Shown here piece by piece: positions 48,266 through 63,444 of a stretch of 64,000 bases of DNA. The stretch lies in the NCBI GenBank assembly GCA_047285305.1, contig JBJBDL010000003.1:480001-544000 (forward strand). Direction: 5' to 3'. The notes beneath the pieces are model-generated. The model ran no database searches, was not told where the DNA came from, and was given only the letters and a program-made list of their open reading frames with translations. Within the stretch, counting starts at the first letter, position 1; every line of letters begins with the position of its first letter. Source of the stretch: Synechococcus sp. (lineage in GTDB: Bacteria > Cyanobacteriota > Cyanobacteriia > PCC-6307 > Cyanobiaceae). The translations under genes and the position numbers were made by a program.

Positions 48266-49053
48266 CCGCGAGTGTTGAGCCGGCGTGGTGGGTGGTGACT
48301 GATCTCGACGGCACGTTGCTAGATCACAGCTACGACTGGTCGCCGGCCAAGGATCTGATCCGTCAGCTGCAACAGCACCGGATTCCGGTGATTCCCTGTA
48401 CCAGCAAAACGGCCGAGGAAGTGCGCTGCTTTCGCGCTGAGGCGGGGCTTCATGACCCGTACATCGTTGAAAACGGCGGCGCTGTACATGGGGAAACCCC
48501 GGAGGGGGAACCCTGGGAGCTGCCGTTGGGTCCGGATTGGACGGCGCTGAAACCTCAGTTGCAGCGTCTTCAGGCCGAGTTGGGTGAGCCCCTGCGTTCG
48601 TTGGATGAACTCAGTGAGGCGGAAGGGCAGCTGTTGTTGGGGCTTGGTGGTGAAGCTTTGCGCCAGGCACAGAGGCGGTGCTGCAGCGTGCCTTTTGTTC
48701 CGCCTTCGGCGGAGGGGCGTGGCCGGCTTGAGGACCTGGTCCAGCGGATGGGCCTGACGGTAGTGCAGGGCAACCGTATGGGTCACCTGCTGGGCCCAGA
48801 CATCAGCAAAGGCAAGGCGTTGGCCACCCTGAAGCGACATCTGGGTGCTGAGCAGGTGAAGGTTTTGGCCTTGGGGGATTCCCCCAACGATCTGCCGTTG
48901 CTCGATGCGGCCGACATCGCCGTCGTGGTGCCCGGTCCCGATGGCCCCCATCCCGCGTTGCGCTTCGGGATCGATGCTGGGCGCTTCCAGCTGGCGGCAG
49001 CTCCCCATGCCAACGGTTGGGACGAGGCTGTGCGCCGGATTCTTCGGATCTAG
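48262..49053 (+). CDS. Glucosyl/mannosyl-3-phosphoglycerate phosphatase (HAD-IIB)
   Basis: DLDGTLLD, TSKT, ENGG, KG, GDSPND. Confidence 0.88.
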   Translation: MTASVEPAWWVVTDLDGTLLDHSYDWSPAKDLIRQLQQHRIPVIPCTSKTAEEVRCFRAEAGLHDPYIVENGGAVHGETPEGEPWELPLGPDWTALKPQLQRLQAELGEPLRSLDELSEAEGQLLLGLGGEALRQAQRRCCSVPFVPPSAEGRGRLEDLVQRMGLTVVQGNRMGHLLGPDISKGKALATLKRHLGAEQVKVLALGDSPNDLPLLDAADIAVVVPGPDGPHPALRFGIDAGRFQLAAAPHANGWDEAVRRILRI

Positions 49054-49072
49054 GCCATCGCTGGCCCCTGGC

Positions 49073-49885
49073 TCAATCCAGCAAGGATTGCCAAAGCTCT
49101 ACTGCAGCAGTGGTTGCCGCCATGGGCTGACCGTTGTGGGATGCAATCGGTCGACAGCTGAGGCTGTTGATCAGAACGGCCTGATCGTCGGCATCAAACG
49201 TGGCCGCTAGCTCGGTTTCCAGGGCGATGCCTCGGGCGAGTGCACGGCCCCGCATCACCCCTGGGAGGCAGCCGCTGCTTAGGGGCGGTGTCAGCCACTG
49301 TCCGCGACGCCGGACCAGCAGATTGGCCGCCGTTCCGCAGCACAGGGCTTCAGCCGTGTTCAAGAGCAGAGCGTCGTCGGCCCCTTGGCCCTGGGCTTCC
49401 CTGCGGGCCTGGATCGATTGCCCGTAAGCAAAGGTCTTGCAACGGCTCAAGCGGCTGGAGGCGTTGCGGCGCTCATGGCGACTGGTGATAGTGGTGACGG
49501 CTGAAAATATTGGTGTGCAGGCCTGGAGCGTGAGCCAAAAGCGGTGGTGCTCTGGGGCCGGCAGTCCGATTCCGCGCTGAGGTGTGCTGCCCCGGCTCCA
49601 GTTGAGGCGCAGGGCTCCATCGGCTTCGCTCAGCTGGCTGCGTTGAATCGCGTCTTTAATCAGAGGCTCCAGCGCTTCTCGCTGCGGTGGCGGGTCCATG
49701 CCCAGCAGAGCTGCACTGTCGCTCCAGCGCTGCAGGTGCTCCTCCAGGAGTTGCGGCGCACCGTTGCGGATCAGCACGGTTTCAAAGAGGCCATCGGCCA
49801 GGAGCAGGGCGCGGTCGTCGAGGGGAAGCTGCAGGTTTGCTGCTGTTCCCCACTGGCCCTCGATCCAGGCGACTGAGGTCGTCAT
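49073..49885 (-). CDS. pabC: Class IV aminotransferase / 4-amino-4-deoxychorismate lyase
   Basis: DGLFET, H..R, CLPGVMR; follows the pabB-like gene. Confidence 0.8.
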   Translation of the reverse strand: MTTSVAWIEGQWGTAANLQLPLDDRALLLADGLFETVLIRNGAPQLLEEHLQRWSDSAALLGMDPPPQREALEPLIKDAIQRSQLSEADGALRLNWSRGSTPQRGIGLPAPEHHRFWLTLQACTPIFSAVTTITSRHERRNASSRLSRCKTFAYGQSIQARREAQGQGADDALLLNTAEALCCGTAANLLVRRRGQWLTPPLSSGCLPGVMRGRALARGIALETELAATFDADDQAVLINSLSCRPIASHNGQPMAATTAAVELWQSLLD

Positions 49886-51180
49886 GCCAGCGCCTCCAGC
49901 AAGGGCTGCAGTTTCCACATCAACTCCTCTGCTTCGCCAAGGGGATCCGAGTCCGCGACAATTCCGCAGCCGGCATGGGCCCGCAGGGTGTCGCCTTGGC
50001 GCAGTAAGGATCGGATCAAGATGTTGCTGTCGAAGCTGCCATCCCAGTTGATCCGCAGCAGTGATCCGCAGTAAGGCCCTCGGCTGGTGGGCTCGAGCTC
50101 ATGCAGACGTTGGCAGGCCCGCAGTTTCGGTGCCCCGCTGATCGACCCCCCAGGCCAACTGGTTTCCAGAAGATCGACCCAGCTCAATCCGGCCTGAAGC
50201 TGTCCCTCCACGACTGAGGTGAGGTGATGCACGGAGGCATAACTTTCGAGCCCCACCAGTTGGGGAACCTGAATCGAACCCGGCTGGCAGGTACGACCGA
50301 GGTCGTTGCGCAGCAGATCGACGATCATCACATTTTCGGCCCGGTCCTTTTCGCTGCACACGAGCTCCGCGGCGAGGTGTGCATCCTGTTCGGGGTCGCT
50401 ATGGCGCGGCCTGGTGCCTTTGATCGGCCGGGTTTGTACGGCTCCCTCGGCACTCACCTGCAGAAACCGCTCCGGGGACGATGACAGCAACGCCTCGTTC
50501 TGGTCGCTGATGATCAGCCCTGCAAAGGGGGCAGGACAGGCCTGCCTCAGGGTGAGAAACAGCTCTAGGGCACTGCCTCCCTGGGGCCAGGCTGTGCTGC
50601 AACAGGCCGTGAGATTGGCTTGAAAGAGATCGCCTGCTGCGATCAGATCACGGATGCGCTGCACTCGTGCGGCGTACTGCTCGGGTGTGGTGTGGTGACT
50701 CCAGGCCGTCAGGGGGATCGATGGGGGCTCGTCTTTGGGCTGCTCAGCACTGCAGGCCAGCTGTTGGGTGAGGCGTTCCAGAGCAGCCGTGCTGCTGGCT
50801 TCAATCCACAGCCTGCGCTTTTGGAGATCAAAGCGAAGCACCGGATCGTGGCGGGCGATCCAAAGCGTGGCCATGCCATCGCTGGCCCAGGGGTTTCCCG
50901 GTTCCACCCAGGCGGCGGCTTCATAGCTCAGCCAGCCGCACCAATGCCCTGGGGCCAGCCCCCGCAGTGCCTCGAAGGGATTACTGGCTCCTGACTTTCC
51001 AGGGAGGCCACGGCAGCAGATGATCTCCTGGGGCGCCACTGCCAGGGTGGCCCATCGGCCCAGGTTGCTGCCGTCGCCATCCAGCCAGACCAGGCCTTCC
51101 TCGCCATAGGCATGGGCCAGTTGGTGCGCGAGCGCTTGGGGTTCCTGCCAGGGCAGTTCAAGCCGTTGTGGGCGGATCAT
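49882..51180 (-). CDS. pabB: Aminodeoxychorismate synthase component I (chorismate-binding)
   Basis: [39 protein letters not shown]. Confidence 0.88.
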   Translation of the reverse strand: MIRPQRLELPWQEPQALAHQLAHAYGEEGLVWLDGDGSNLGRWATLAVAPQEIICCRGLPGKSGASNPFEALRGLAPGHWCGWLSYEAAAWVEPGNPWASDGMATLWIARHDPVLRFDLQKRRLWIEASSTAALERLTQQLACSAEQPKDEPPSIPLTAWSHHTTPEQYAARVQRIRDLIAAGDLFQANLTACCSTAWPQGGSALELFLTLRQACPAPFAGLIISDQNEALLSSSPERFLQVSAEGAVQTRPIKGTRPRHSDPEQDAHLAAELVCSEKDRAENVMIVDLLRNDLGRTCQPGSIQVPQLVGLESYASVHHLTSVVEGQLQAGLSWVDLLETSWPGGSISGAPKLRACQRLHELEPTSRGPYCGSLLRINWDGSFDSNILIRSLLRQGDTLRAHAGCGIVADSDPLGEAEELMWKLQPLLEALA

Positions 51181-51857
51181 GCCGCTGTGGAACTGCAGAG
51201 GTCAGGCCGGCCTGCCTCGTGGAGCGCTGCATCACGGATGCGGCAGCTGTCGCAGACGCCGCAAGGGTGCGTGCCGCCGCTGTAGCAACTCCAGGTTGTT
51301 TCGATCGGAACACCCAGGCGAAGGGCTTCCTCAACGATTTGTACCTTGCTCCACTGCACAAGCGGTGCCCAGAGTTGGGCCCCATGGCCCTCCCGACCAG
51401 CTTTGCTGGCCAGGTCGGCCAGGGTCTGAAAGGCGTTGAGGTAGTCCGGCCGGCAGTCGGGATACCCCGAGTAGTCGACAGCATTCACGCCCAGCACCAA
51501 CCTTTCGGCTCCGCGAGCCTCCGCCAGGCTGAGGCCAACGGAGATGAACACGGTGTTGCGCCCGGGCACATAGGTGGGTGGGATGCGGCCTTCCTCCAAG
51601 CCCTTGGTTGGGATCGAGATACTGGCGTCGGTGAGGGCTGAGCCCCCCCAGCTGGCCAGATTCACGCTGATGCAGTGATGCTCTGCTACGCCAAGCTGCT
51701 CAGCAACGGCAGCGGCGGCGTCCAATTCGCGGCGATGGCGCTGGCCGTAGTCAAAGGACAGGCCGATGACGCGGTCGCCTTGTTCAAGGGCAAGGGCCGC
51801 AGCGGTGGCGGAATCCAAACCTCCGGAGAGAAGCGCGATGGCAGTGCGTTGACTCAT
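51177..51857 (-). CDS. queC: 7-cyano-7-deazaguanine synthase
   Basis: SGGLDS, TYVPGRN, YPDC, TWSCY...CGVCDSC. Confidence 0.95.
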   Translation of the reverse strand: MSQRTAIALLSGGLDSATAAALALEQGDRVIGLSFDYGQRHRRELDAAAAVAEQLGVAEHHCISVNLASWGGSALTDASISIPTKGLEEGRIPPTYVPGRNTVFISVGLSLAEARGAERLVLGVNAVDYSGYPDCRPDYLNAFQTLADLASKAGREGHGAQLWAPLVQWSKVQIVEEALRLGVPIETTWSCYSGGTHPCGVCDSCRIRDAALHEAGRPDLCSSTAA

Positions 51858-52708
51858 CTCAGAACCGTGAGTTCGTGCAGGGCGCAGTAGTCCTGCTCAT
51901 CAAGGTCGGTGCCCTCTGCTTGTTCAAGCAGGGATAGCAAACCGCTCAACCCCTGATCTTGGAGCCCAGCCGTTGTCGCCTCCTCCAGGAACAGGCGCAG
52001 GTCTTTGCGCAGCAGGGCGGTGCTGAAGTTGGGATCGGTGTAGGTGTGATCCAACATCCGTTGCAGCTTCTTGTCGAAGGTGGGGGCGTAGAGCGCTGAC
52101 GGCCGCAGGATGGCCATGAATGTTTCCACAGGAACGCCGGCACGCTGAATCAGTTGCAGAGAGAGGGAGAAGCTGTGGGTAAGGCTGGCGATTAACTGAT
52201 TGAGGGCCAGCTTGGTGGCAGCCCCGCTGCCCACGCGGCCCATGAGCAGGGGCTCTTGGCAGAGGTGGCAGAGGAGTGGTTGTTGTTGTTCAAAGACCTG
52301 TGCTTCACCGCCGGCCATCACCAGCAGTGATCCGTTCAACGCTTGCGGTTTGCTGCCGAGCACCGGGGCCTCCAGATACTGCCCTCCCTGGTCCGCAACC
52401 TGTGTGGCGAGCTTGCGGCTTTCTTCCACTCCCATAGTCCCCATCGGGACCACCGTTGAGCTCTGCAGATCCCCAATCGTGCCGATAACGGATGCTGTTG
52501 CTGCCCCGTCACGCAAAACGGAGATCACGACTCTGTTGTTTTTGGCGGCTCGCCTCAGATCGTCGATCGCTGTTGCACCCTTTTCAACGAGCGAGACGAT
52601 GCGGGAGGGGTCGCGATTCCAGACGTGGACGTTGAGACCCTGCTCCAGCAATCGCGTGGCGATCGCCGTTCCGAGGAGGCCTGTGCCCAGAACGGCCACT
52701 GAGGTCAT
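51854..52708 (-). CDS. NAD(P)-dependent 3-hydroxyacid dehydrogenase (3-hydroxyisobutyrate DH family)
   Basis: [24 protein letters not shown]. Confidence 0.85.
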   Translation of the reverse strand: MTSVAVLGTGLLGTAIATRLLEQGLNVHVWNRDPSRIVSLVEKGATAIDDLRRAAKNNRVVISVLRDGAATASVIGTIGDLQSSTVVPMGTMGVEESRKLATQVADQGGQYLEAPVLGSKPQALNGSLLVMAGGEAQVFEQQQPLLCHLCQEPLLMGRVGSGAATKLALNQLIASLTHSFSLSLQLIQRAGVPVETFMAILRPSALYAPTFDKKLQRMLDHTYTDPNFSTALLRKDLRLFLEEATTAGLQDQGLSGLLSLLEQAEGTDLDEQDYCALHELTVLR

Positions 52709-52775
52709 GGCTCAGGTGATCAAATTCTGTTCAACCTCAACGTAGTGGAGCAGATCCTGCCCTCAACGGCATCGT

Positions 52776-53393
52776 TCAGCGGATTCCAAGCCATTTGTGG
52801 CTTTGCAGGCTCAGGCGCCATTGGGCGTGTTGACGCACATGATCCACAGCCAACTTTTCTCCAATGTTGCTCTCCCAGCCCGGCTGAAGCAGTCGTTCTG
52901 TGTCGTCCTCGCACTGGGACGCCATGGCTGCAGCGAAGCTGATGTCTTCCGCTCCATGCACCACAACTTTCAGCTCATGGCAGGCTTGCAAAAGCTCTTG
53001 CCGTGGGGGGCGGTGGCGTTTTGGCGAGAGGGTGATCCAGTCGAAGCGTCCGCTCAGCGGATCCACCCCGCTGGTTTCCAGATGCAGCGGGAGACCGCAT
53101 CGCGCATCGAGGACCTGGGTGAGGGGCTGCAGATCGTGATGCAACGGTTCCCCACCGGTGATCACAACGAAGCTGGCCCCGGCTGCAGCAGCCATCTGAG
53201 CGGCATTAGCCAAGGTGTCGATGGGCTGCTCAGGGTGCTCTTGGGACGGCCATGAGTGCTTGGTGTCGCACCAGGGACAGCCCACGGTGCAGCCAGCGAG
53301 CCGAATGAAAAATGCACTGCGTCCGGCATGGTGGCCCTCTCCCTGCAGGGAATGGAATGTTTCCACCACCGGTAGACGCTGGGAGTCAGCCAT
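52776..53393 (-). CDS. queE: 7-carboxy-7-deazaguanine synthase (radical SAM)
   Basis: FHSLQGEG, CTVGCPWCDT, TGGEP, SLQSHK. Confidence 0.93.
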   Translation of the reverse strand: MADSQRLPVVETFHSLQGEGHHAGRSAFFIRLAGCTVGCPWCDTKHSWPSQEHPEQPIDTLANAAQMAAAAGASFVVITGGEPLHHDLQPLTQVLDARCGLPLHLETSGVDPLSGRFDWITLSPKRHRPPRQELLQACHELKVVVHGAEDISFAAAMASQCEDDTERLLQPGWESNIGEKLAVDHVRQHAQWRLSLQSHKWLGIR

Positions 53394-53402
53394 CGACGCG
53401 GT

Positions 53403-55070
<1,668 letters not shown>

Positions 55071-55116
55071 TCAAATTAGCTGGCGTCGGTCATGGGCTCC
55101 AGGGGGAACCTGTGTT

Positions 55117-56250
55117 TTAGGAATCCAGGCCCTGGATGTAGTCCCGGACTTTGCTGCGTCGTTGGGGTTGCCGCAGTTTGAGCAGGGCGCGGGTTTCGAT
55201 CTGACGAACGCGCTCCCTTGAGAGTTTCAGCTCTTCCCCGATCTGGGCAAGGGTCTGGGGCGTGTCGTCCTCCAATCCGAAGCGCCGGCGCAGGACAGCG
55301 GCCTCCCGACTGGTGAGTTCATCCAGGAGATCCTCTAGATCGTTGTGGAGTTCGTCGTGGGTGAGGGTCTGCTCCGGGGTGGCATGGCCGTCCTCGATCA
55401 GATCTCCGAGCTGAGTGTCCTGTTCGCGGCCAACACGGGTGTCCAGAGACACTGAGCGGGGCACCCGGGCCAGGGTCTGGCGCACCGTGTCTTCACTGAT
55501 GCCCAATTCGCGCGCCAGATCCGCGATCGAGGCAATGCGTCCTTCGTTGCTTGCAATCTCCTGCTGGACCCGTTTGATCCGGTTCAGTTTTTCGGTGACG
55601 TGAACGGGCAAACGGATCGTGCGGCTCTGGGTGGCGATGGCCCGGGTGATGCCCTGGCGGATCCACCAGTAGGCGTAGGTGCTGAAGCGGAAACCACGGG
55701 TGGGATCGAACTTTTCCACGGCCCGTTCCAGTCCGAGCGTTCCCTCCTGGACCAGGTCCAGGATTTCCATGCCCCGCTGCTGGTACTTCTTGGCCACCGC
55801 CACCACCAGGCGCAGGTTGGCCTGAATCATGTGGTCTTTGGCTCGCCGCCCGTTGCGGAGGGCTAGCTTCAGATCTTTGGCCTCAAGCTGGGCCTGCTCA
55901 GCCCAGGCCTGATAGCCCAGGTCAATCCGCTGCTGCAACTCGGGCAAGGGCAGTCCTGCCGCGCGGGCCCATTCCTGCTTGGTTGGCCAGTGGCTGTGCT
56001 GGTTGGCTTCCCGGCGTTGCAGTTCTTCGAGACGGTGCAGTTCACCGATGGCGGCATCGCTCCCAGCCAGCTCCCGTTGCTGGAGCAGCAGTGCTTCGCG
56101 GCGCTGCACCAGGCGGGCCAGGGTGACCTCCTCCTCATTGGTGAGGAGGTCGACTCGGCCGATGTCCTGCAGATAAAGCCGCAGCAGATCCGTTGTGCCG
56201 CTGCTGCGGCGCTCACGGGTCCCCCCGGTCCGTCGGGGCTTGCTGGGCAA
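55117..56250 (-). CDS. Group 2 sigma-70 factor (RpoD/SigA family)
   Basis: YLQDIGR, ANLRLVV, FSTYAYWWIRQ, SRERVRQIE; lacks region 1.1. Confidence 0.92.
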   Translation of the reverse strand: MPSKPRRTGGTRERRSSGTTDLLRLYLQDIGRVDLLTNEEEVTLARLVQRREALLLQQRELAGSDAAIGELHRLEELQRREANQHSHWPTKQEWARAAGLPLPELQQRIDLGYQAWAEQAQLEAKDLKLALRNGRRAKDHMIQANLRLVVAVAKKYQQRGMEILDLVQEGTLGLERAVEKFDPTRGFRFSTYAYWWIRQGITRAIATQSRTIRLPVHVTEKLNRIKRVQQEIASNEGRIASIADLARELGISEDTVRQTLARVPRSVSLDTRVGREQDTQLGDLIEDGHATPEQTLTHDELHNDLEDLLDELTSREAAVLRRRFGLEDDTPQTLAQIGEELKLSRERVRQIETRALLKLRQPQRRSKVRDYIQGLDS

Positions 56251-56352
56251 AAGCTGGCCTTGTGAAGTCCAACTTCAGGGTTCCTCGCCGTTGGCCGCGG
56301 TGCGACAAATGCGCTGATTCCCTTCGGGATCTGCTTAGCCTAGTGACTGTGG

Positions 56353-58182
56353 TCAGCCTTCCTGGTCAGGCTGAACCCATGTACTGGCCACGTGCAATTC
56401 CTCCAGCTGCTTGTCGGCCACGCCCCCTGGGGCACTGGTCATCAGGCAGCGGGCCTGCTGGGTTTTGGGGAAGGCAATGGTGTCGCGGATCGACTCCTCG
56501 CCGGCCAGCAGCATCACCATCCGGTCCACACCGAAAGCTAGACCGCCGTGGGGAGGTGCACCCACATCGAGAGCGTCCATCAGGAATCCGAACTGCTCCT
56601 GGGCCTCCTCGAGGGGCAACCCAACCGTCTGCAACACCTGGCGCTGCAGGGCGGAGTCATGGATGCGCAGGGAGCCACCGCCGAGCTCAAGGCCATTGAG
56701 CACAAGGTCGTAGGCCCGGGCCCGGGCTCCGGGCAGGGTTTCGGCCCACTTCGACGCATCGCTGCCGAGATCCTCCGCATTGGGGGCGCAGAAGGGGTGG
56801 TGCAGAGCCTCGTAACGGTTCTCGTCGCTGTTGAACTCGAACATCGGGAAGTCCACCACCCAGAGGAAGTTCCACTGGTCGTTGTCCCGGTCGGCCTTCA
56901 CCATGCCCAGCTCCTTGGCCAGGTACTGGCGCACCCGGTCGAGGGCCTTGTTCACCGTGGCGGTGTCACCTGCACCGAAAAGCAGCAGGGTGCCGGGTTC
57001 CGCGCTGGTACGGCTGAGCAGTTCCTGCTTCTGCGCATCGCTGAGGTTGTCCTTGATGGCGCCGATCGTGTCGATCTCACCGCCGTCCCGCACTCGGATG
57101 AAGGCCAGGCCACCGGCACCAGCTTTTTGGGCTTCGCTGAACACATCGCCGCCCGGTTTGATCCGAACGTTGCTCACCGCATCGTTGCCGCCGGGCACCG
57201 CGATGCACTTCACCGCGCCGCCGGACTTCACGGCTCCACTGAACACCTTGAAGCCCATGTCTTTCACGATGTCGCTCACGTTGGTGAGCTCCATGCCGTA
57301 GCGGGTGTCGGGTCGGTCGGTGCCGTAGCGCTCCATGGCGTCATGCCAGGTCATGCGTGGGAAGGGCCGCGGTAGTTCGATGCCTTTCACGGCCTTCCAG
57401 ATGGCGCAGATCAGTGATTCGTTCAGCTCCAGGATCTGCTCCTGATCCATGAAGCTCATCTCGATGTCCAGCTGGGTGAATTCCGGCTGGCGGTCGGCCC
57501 GCAGGTCTTCGTCGCGGAAACAGCGGGCCACCTGGTAGTAACGCTCGATGCCGCCCACCATCAGTAGCTGCTTGAACAACTGGGGGGACTGGGGCAGGGC
57601 GAACCATTCGCCGCCGCAGACCCGGCTGGGCAGCAAGTAGTCGCGGGCGCCTTCCGGGGTGGAGCGGGTCAGCACCGGGGTCTCCACCTCGATGAAGCCT
57701 GCGTCCTCCAGGAAGCGACGGGCGGCCTGGATGGTCTGGGCCCGCAGCCGCAGGTTGTCGTTCATGCGCTTGCGGCGCAGATCCAGATAGCGGTGGCGCA
57801 GCCGCAGTTCTTCGCGGGTGTTCTCCTCGTCGTGCACCGACACGGGGAAGGGCAGGTTGCCTTTCACGCTGTTCAGCACGGTGATGCCGCTAGCGAGTAC
57901 TTCCACAGCCCCCGTGGCCAGCTTGTCGTTCAGGGATTCGCCAGGCCGGGCCCGCACTTTCCCCTCAACCTGCAGCACGGTTTCGCTGCGCAGATGCTCG
58001 GCGACGGCGAAGGCGTCGGCGCCCAGATCTGGGTCCACCGTGATCTGCACCGTGCCGCTGCGGTCCCGCAGGTCGATGAAAATCACCCCGCCGTGATCAC
58101 GGCGTCGATCCACCCAGCCGCACAGTTGCACCTGCTGATCAATGTTCTGTTCGCGCAGGTAGCCGCAACCGTTGCTGCGCAT
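56353..58182 (-). CDS. aspS: Aspartate--tRNA ligase
   Basis: [38 protein letters not shown] at 58182. Confidence 0.97.
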   Translation of the reverse strand: MRSNGCGYLREQNIDQQVQLCGWVDRRRDHGGVIFIDLRDRSGTVQITVDPDLGADAFAVAEHLRSETVLQVEGKVRARPGESLNDKLATGAVEVLASGITVLNSVKGNLPFPVSVHDEENTREELRLRHRYLDLRRKRMNDNLRLRAQTIQAARRFLEDAGFIEVETPVLTRSTPEGARDYLLPSRVCGGEWFALPQSPQLFKQLLMVGGIERYYQVARCFRDEDLRADRQPEFTQLDIEMSFMDQEQILELNESLICAIWKAVKGIELPRPFPRMTWHDAMERYGTDRPDTRYGMELTNVSDIVKDMGFKVFSGAVKSGGAVKCIAVPGGNDAVSNVRIKPGGDVFSEAQKAGAGGLAFIRVRDGGEIDTIGAIKDNLSDAQKQELLSRTSAEPGTLLLFGAGDTATVNKALDRVRQYLAKELGMVKADRDNDQWNFLWVVDFPMFEFNSDENRYEALHHPFCAPNAEDLGSDASKWAETLPGARARAYDLVLNGLELGGGSLRIHDSALQRQVLQTVGLPLEEAQEQFGFLMDALDVGAPPHGGLAFGVDRMVMLLAGEESIRDTIAFPKTQQARCLMTSAPGGVADKQLEELHVASTWVQPDQEG

Positions 58183-58231
58183 GGGATGTCTCAACTGGAG
58201 AAGAGCGAGTTTCCCACAGCAGCGGTGAGCT

Positions 58232-59335
58232 TCAGTTGCGTTTGTAGAAGGGCTTGCGAACAACCGTTGCCGGTTGGGCCTTGCCGCGGATCTCAACGCT
58301 CAGTTCGGTGCCGAGCTTGGCAAGGGATGGGGGCACATAGGCCAGGGCGATCGCTTCTTCTAAGGTGGGGGACCAGGTTCCGCTGGTGACGATGCCCACC
58401 GTCTCTCCGTTGTGCACAACGGGGTAGTCGTGGCGGGCGATGGCACGACCCTGCAGCTTGAGGCCTACCAGGCGTTTGGCGGGGCCAGATCCCACCGCCT
58501 GCTCCAGTGCCTGTCGGCCCACAAAATCCACGGGCATTTCCAGGTGCACGAGCCAACCCAACCCCGCCTCGAAGGGGTTGGTTTTGTCGTTCATGTCCTG
58601 GCCGTAAAGGTGCATGGCGGCCTCCAGCCGCAAGGTATCCCGCGCCCCCAGACCGCAGGGGGTGACACCGCGATCGAGCAAAAGCTGCCATAGCTTTTGT
58701 CCGTCGTCGGCGTTGAGCAGCAGCTCGGCACCGTCTTCGCCGGTGTAGCCCGTGCGAGCACTGAACACTGGTTGGCTCAAGCCCTTGAGTTTGAGCATCT
58801 GGTGGCCGAAGCGGGGCAAGCCGCTGAGGTCTTCGCCGCTCAGCTCCTGCAGCAATCCCATTGCCTCAGGGCCCTGCAGAGCGAGCAGCACGCCGTCTTT
58901 TTTGATGTCGGTCACCGTCAGGCCAGCGGGCTCCATCTGTTCACGGATCCAGGCGGTGTCGCTGTCGGCGCAGGCGGCATTGATCACCAGCACCAGCGCA
59001 CCCCGTTCGGCATCGATGGCACCGCAGTCGTAGACGATGAGGTCGTCGCGAATGCCGCCGCGCTCGTTCAGCAGAACCGAGTAGCAGGCTTCGCCGGGAC
59101 CGATGCGGTGCAGGTCGCTGGGGATCAGCCGTTGCAGCGCATCCTTGGGATTGGCACCTTCGAGGCGCAGCACTCCCATGTGGGAAATGTCGAACATGCC
59201 GACCCGTTCGCGAACGGCCTTGTGTTCCTGGATCAGGCCGCTGAACTGAACCGGCATTTCCCAGCCGGCAAACGGCACCATGCGGCCCCCGGCGCTACGG
59301 CAGGACTCGAACAGGGGAGTGCGCTGCAGGGACAT
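58232..59335 (-). CDS. gcvT: Glycine cleavage system aminomethyltransferase T
   Basis: [35 protein letters not shown]. Confidence 0.96.
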   Translation of the reverse strand: MSLQRTPLFESCRSAGGRMVPFAGWEMPVQFSGLIQEHKAVRERVGMFDISHMGVLRLEGANPKDALQRLIPSDLHRIGPGEACYSVLLNERGGIRDDLIVYDCGAIDAERGALVLVINAACADSDTAWIREQMEPAGLTVTDIKKDGVLLALQGPEAMGLLQELSGEDLSGLPRFGHQMLKLKGLSQPVFSARTGYTGEDGAELLLNADDGQKLWQLLLDRGVTPCGLGARDTLRLEAAMHLYGQDMNDKTNPFEAGLGWLVHLEMPVDFVGRQALEQAVGSGPAKRLVGLKLQGRAIARHDYPVVHNGETVGIVTSGTWSPTLEEAIALAYVPPSLAKLGTELSVEIRGKAQPATVVRKPFYKRN

Positions 59336-59465
59336 GGGGGCGGCCGATGAGAAGCGCATTCTTATGGAGGGCTTCACGATCCGGAAGGGAACCCGGAAAT
59401 TTGCCCCTGTCCATGGTCCGTTGTGCAGACCGTCACTAGCCTGAGGGCGTTTCCGGAGCACTTGC

Positions 59466-59678
59466 TTGGCCAACGGCTCCTGCTGTCGCAGTTGTCAGTA
59501 CTGCACCCTTCCGGCAGGTGCGAAGGGGTGGTGCCGTCTGCGCCGGTTGGAGGTATTGGCCGAGATTGCAGATCTGATGGTCTGTCACCACTGGACCCCT
59601 CGTTCCCCCAAGCTTCCGGCTTTGCAGAGCAGCGGTGTTGGAGAGCGTCAGCTGGAACTGGATCGCAGCTTGACCTGA
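59466..59678 (+). CDS. Small Cys-rich hypothetical protein
   Basis: CCRSCQYC...WC...CHHW pattern. Confidence 0.55.
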   Translation: MANGSCCRSCQYCTLPAGAKGWCRLRRLEVLAEIADLMVCHHWTPRSPKLPALQSSGVGERQLELDRSLT

Positions 59679-59762
59679 GCCTGGATCCATCCATGACTCC
59701 GCCATTGCTGATGGCCTACACCGGATGAACGCGGGATACTGCAGCCACCCCCCGTTGTTGCC

Positions 59763-60151
59763 TTGTCCGCCTCAGCTCCGCTGACTCCTCTGGAACTGAT
59801 CCAGGAACAGCCTGAGGTGGATCGCCTGACCCTTCCCACTGGCACAAGTGTTTTCAGTGCCGGTGAGCCTGTGCAGTTCATCCATGTGATTGAACAGGGA
59901 TGGATGGAACTGAGCAGTGGTCCGTTGAACCGCATTCGCTTTGGTCCTGGTGAATTGTTTTTCTATGAGGATTTCGTGGATGGCGCCAAGTGTCACAGCC
60001 GTGATGCCACAGCGGTGACGCCTGTTTCATTGTTCCGCCTGAGCCGCTCCAATTTTCTGGCGCTCATCCATCGGCACCCAACGCTGGTGCTGCAATTGCT
60101 CAGCAAACAGCACAGCCGTTTGCGGCAGCAGCGGGCTGATGCCCGTCACTT

Positions 60152-60158
<7 letters not shown>
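59763..60158 (+). CDS. Stand-alone cyclic-nucleotide-binding (Crp-like) domain protein
   Basis: VFSAGE, GPGELF, ATA.T motifs; no HTH. Confidence 0.75.
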
Positions 60159-61905
<1,747 letters not shown>

Positions 61906-62149
61906 CTAAGGACCCGGGGGGGCTGTTCCCAAGCCCCAGATGTGGTGATCTCGGGATTGACGAACGCAATATGTGGAGGCCGAATGTGCTCGGATGGGGA
62001 GCTCCTATGGAAGAGGGCAGCTTCAAAGCCTTTTCGTCAGATCAAAGCTTTTGTTTTACGGACAGGGCTCAGGCTTGATGCAGGTGTTTCCTCTTCGAAG
62101 CATCAACCTGGTGGGAGCATCCTGTTGTTCTTGAGCCAGGAGATGGCTG

Positions 62150-62581
62150 GTGCAAGACCTGGTGGTGAACGAGCGGTTGACCATTCCGTCCAGGGAGCTG
62201 CGCTGGCGGTTCAGCCGCTCATCCGGTCCCGGCGGGCAGGGGGTCAATACCACCGATTCCCGTGTGGAATTGCTTCTGGATCTGGCGAACTGCTCTTGTC
62301 TGGGTCCATTTCGCCGCGCCCGATTGCTGGAGCACTTCCAGGCCCGGTTGGTGGAGGGTTGCCTGCGGGTTGTGGTCGCAGAAGAGCGCTCCCAATGGCA
62401 GAACCGTCAGAAGGCTTTGCATCGCATGGGGGAGCTGCTGCGGGAGGGCTTGCAGCCAGCGCCGCGTGCCCGAAAGGCCACACGGCCGGGTCGTGGTGCC
62501 GTGAAGCGGCGCTTGGACACGAAGAAAAAGCGTGGTGACCTCAAGCGTCAACGGCGCAGTCGGCCCTCCCTGGACGATTAA
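62150..62581 (+). CDS. arfB: Alternative ribosome rescue factor B
   Basis: SSGPGGQGVN, ERSQ, basic C-terminal tail. Confidence 0.92.
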   Translation: MQDLVVNERLTIPSRELRWRFSRSSGPGGQGVNTTDSRVELLLDLANCSCLGPFRRARLLEHFQARLVEGCLRVVVAEERSQWQNRQKALHRMGELLREGLQPAPRARKATRPGRGAVKRRLDTKKKRGDLKRQRRSRPSLDD

Positions 62582-63411
62582 TTGGATTCAGAAGTGGAGG
62601 AGTGTTCCTCTCGGATCGCTGCTTTGGCCTGTTTCCAGAGGGCTTCCAATTCGTTGATGCTGCGGCCCTTCAGATCCCCATCCAGTGCGGCTTCAACGCG
62701 GGAGAAACGGTCGAGGAAGCGTTGATTCGTGCCGGAGAGGCCTTCTTCGGGTTCGATTTGGCACCAACGGGCCACATTCACCAGGGTGAACAGCAGATCG
62801 CCCAGTTCCTCCTGGGCATGGCCGTTGTTGCCGTTGGCTACCGCCTCCTTGAGTTCGTCCAGCTCCTCATGGACCTTCTCCCAGACGCCGGCCATGTCAT
62901 CCCACTCGAAGCCGGCTTTGGCCGCTTTCTTGGAAATGGTCATGGCTCCAGCCAGGGCCGGCAGGCCGCGCACCTTGGCTCTGAGCCGGTCGCTGAGGGG
63001 GCTGGCGGAGCCCGCCAGGGCCTTGGCCTGCTCCTCGAGCTTGATGGCCTCCCAGCTGCGTCGCACTTCGTCACTGGTGCTGGCATCGGCATCGCCGAAC
63101 ACATGGGGGTGACGGCGGATCAGCTTGTCGCTGATGCCATTGGCAATTGCATCTAAATCAAAGCGTTGCTGCTCCCGAGCGATTTGAGCATGCAGCACCA
63201 CCTGCAGCAGCAGATCCCCCAGCTCTTCCTTTATCTCGGCATCGCTGCCCTGGCGGATCGCGTCGGCCACTTCGTGGGCCTCTTCCAGCACGTAGGGCAC
63301 CAACGAAGCATGGGTCTGCTCCAGATCCCAGGGACAGCCCGTTGTTGGATCCCTGAGTTGTGCCACAACATCGATCAGTCGCTGGATGGCGTCAGAAGGA
63401 GCGTTGGCCAT
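62578..63411 (-). CDS. mazG: Nucleoside triphosphate pyrophosphohydrolase
   Basis: GCPWD, EELGDLL twice, KLIRRHPHVF. Confidence 0.95.
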   Translation of the reverse strand: MANAPSDAIQRLIDVVAQLRDPTTGCPWDLEQTHASLVPYVLEEAHEVADAIRQGSDAEIKEELGDLLLQVVLHAQIAREQQRFDLDAIANGISDKLIRRHPHVFGDADASTSDEVRRSWEAIKLEEQAKALAGSASPLSDRLRAKVRGLPALAGAMTISKKAAKAGFEWDDMAGVWEKVHEELDELKEAVANGNNGHAQEELGDLLFTLVNVARWCQIEPEEGLSGTNQRFLDRFSRVEAALDGDLKGRSINELEALWKQAKAAIREEHSSTSESN

Positions 63412-63444
63412 GCCGGGGCAATAACTGAGGCAACGCCCACCCTC

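Noticed and set aside
59336..59465. Possible glycine riboswitch upstream of gcvT
   Set aside because: The conserved GGAGA / CCGAAG / CTCTCAGG elements are not arranged as an aptamer on the minus strand, and the region is short.
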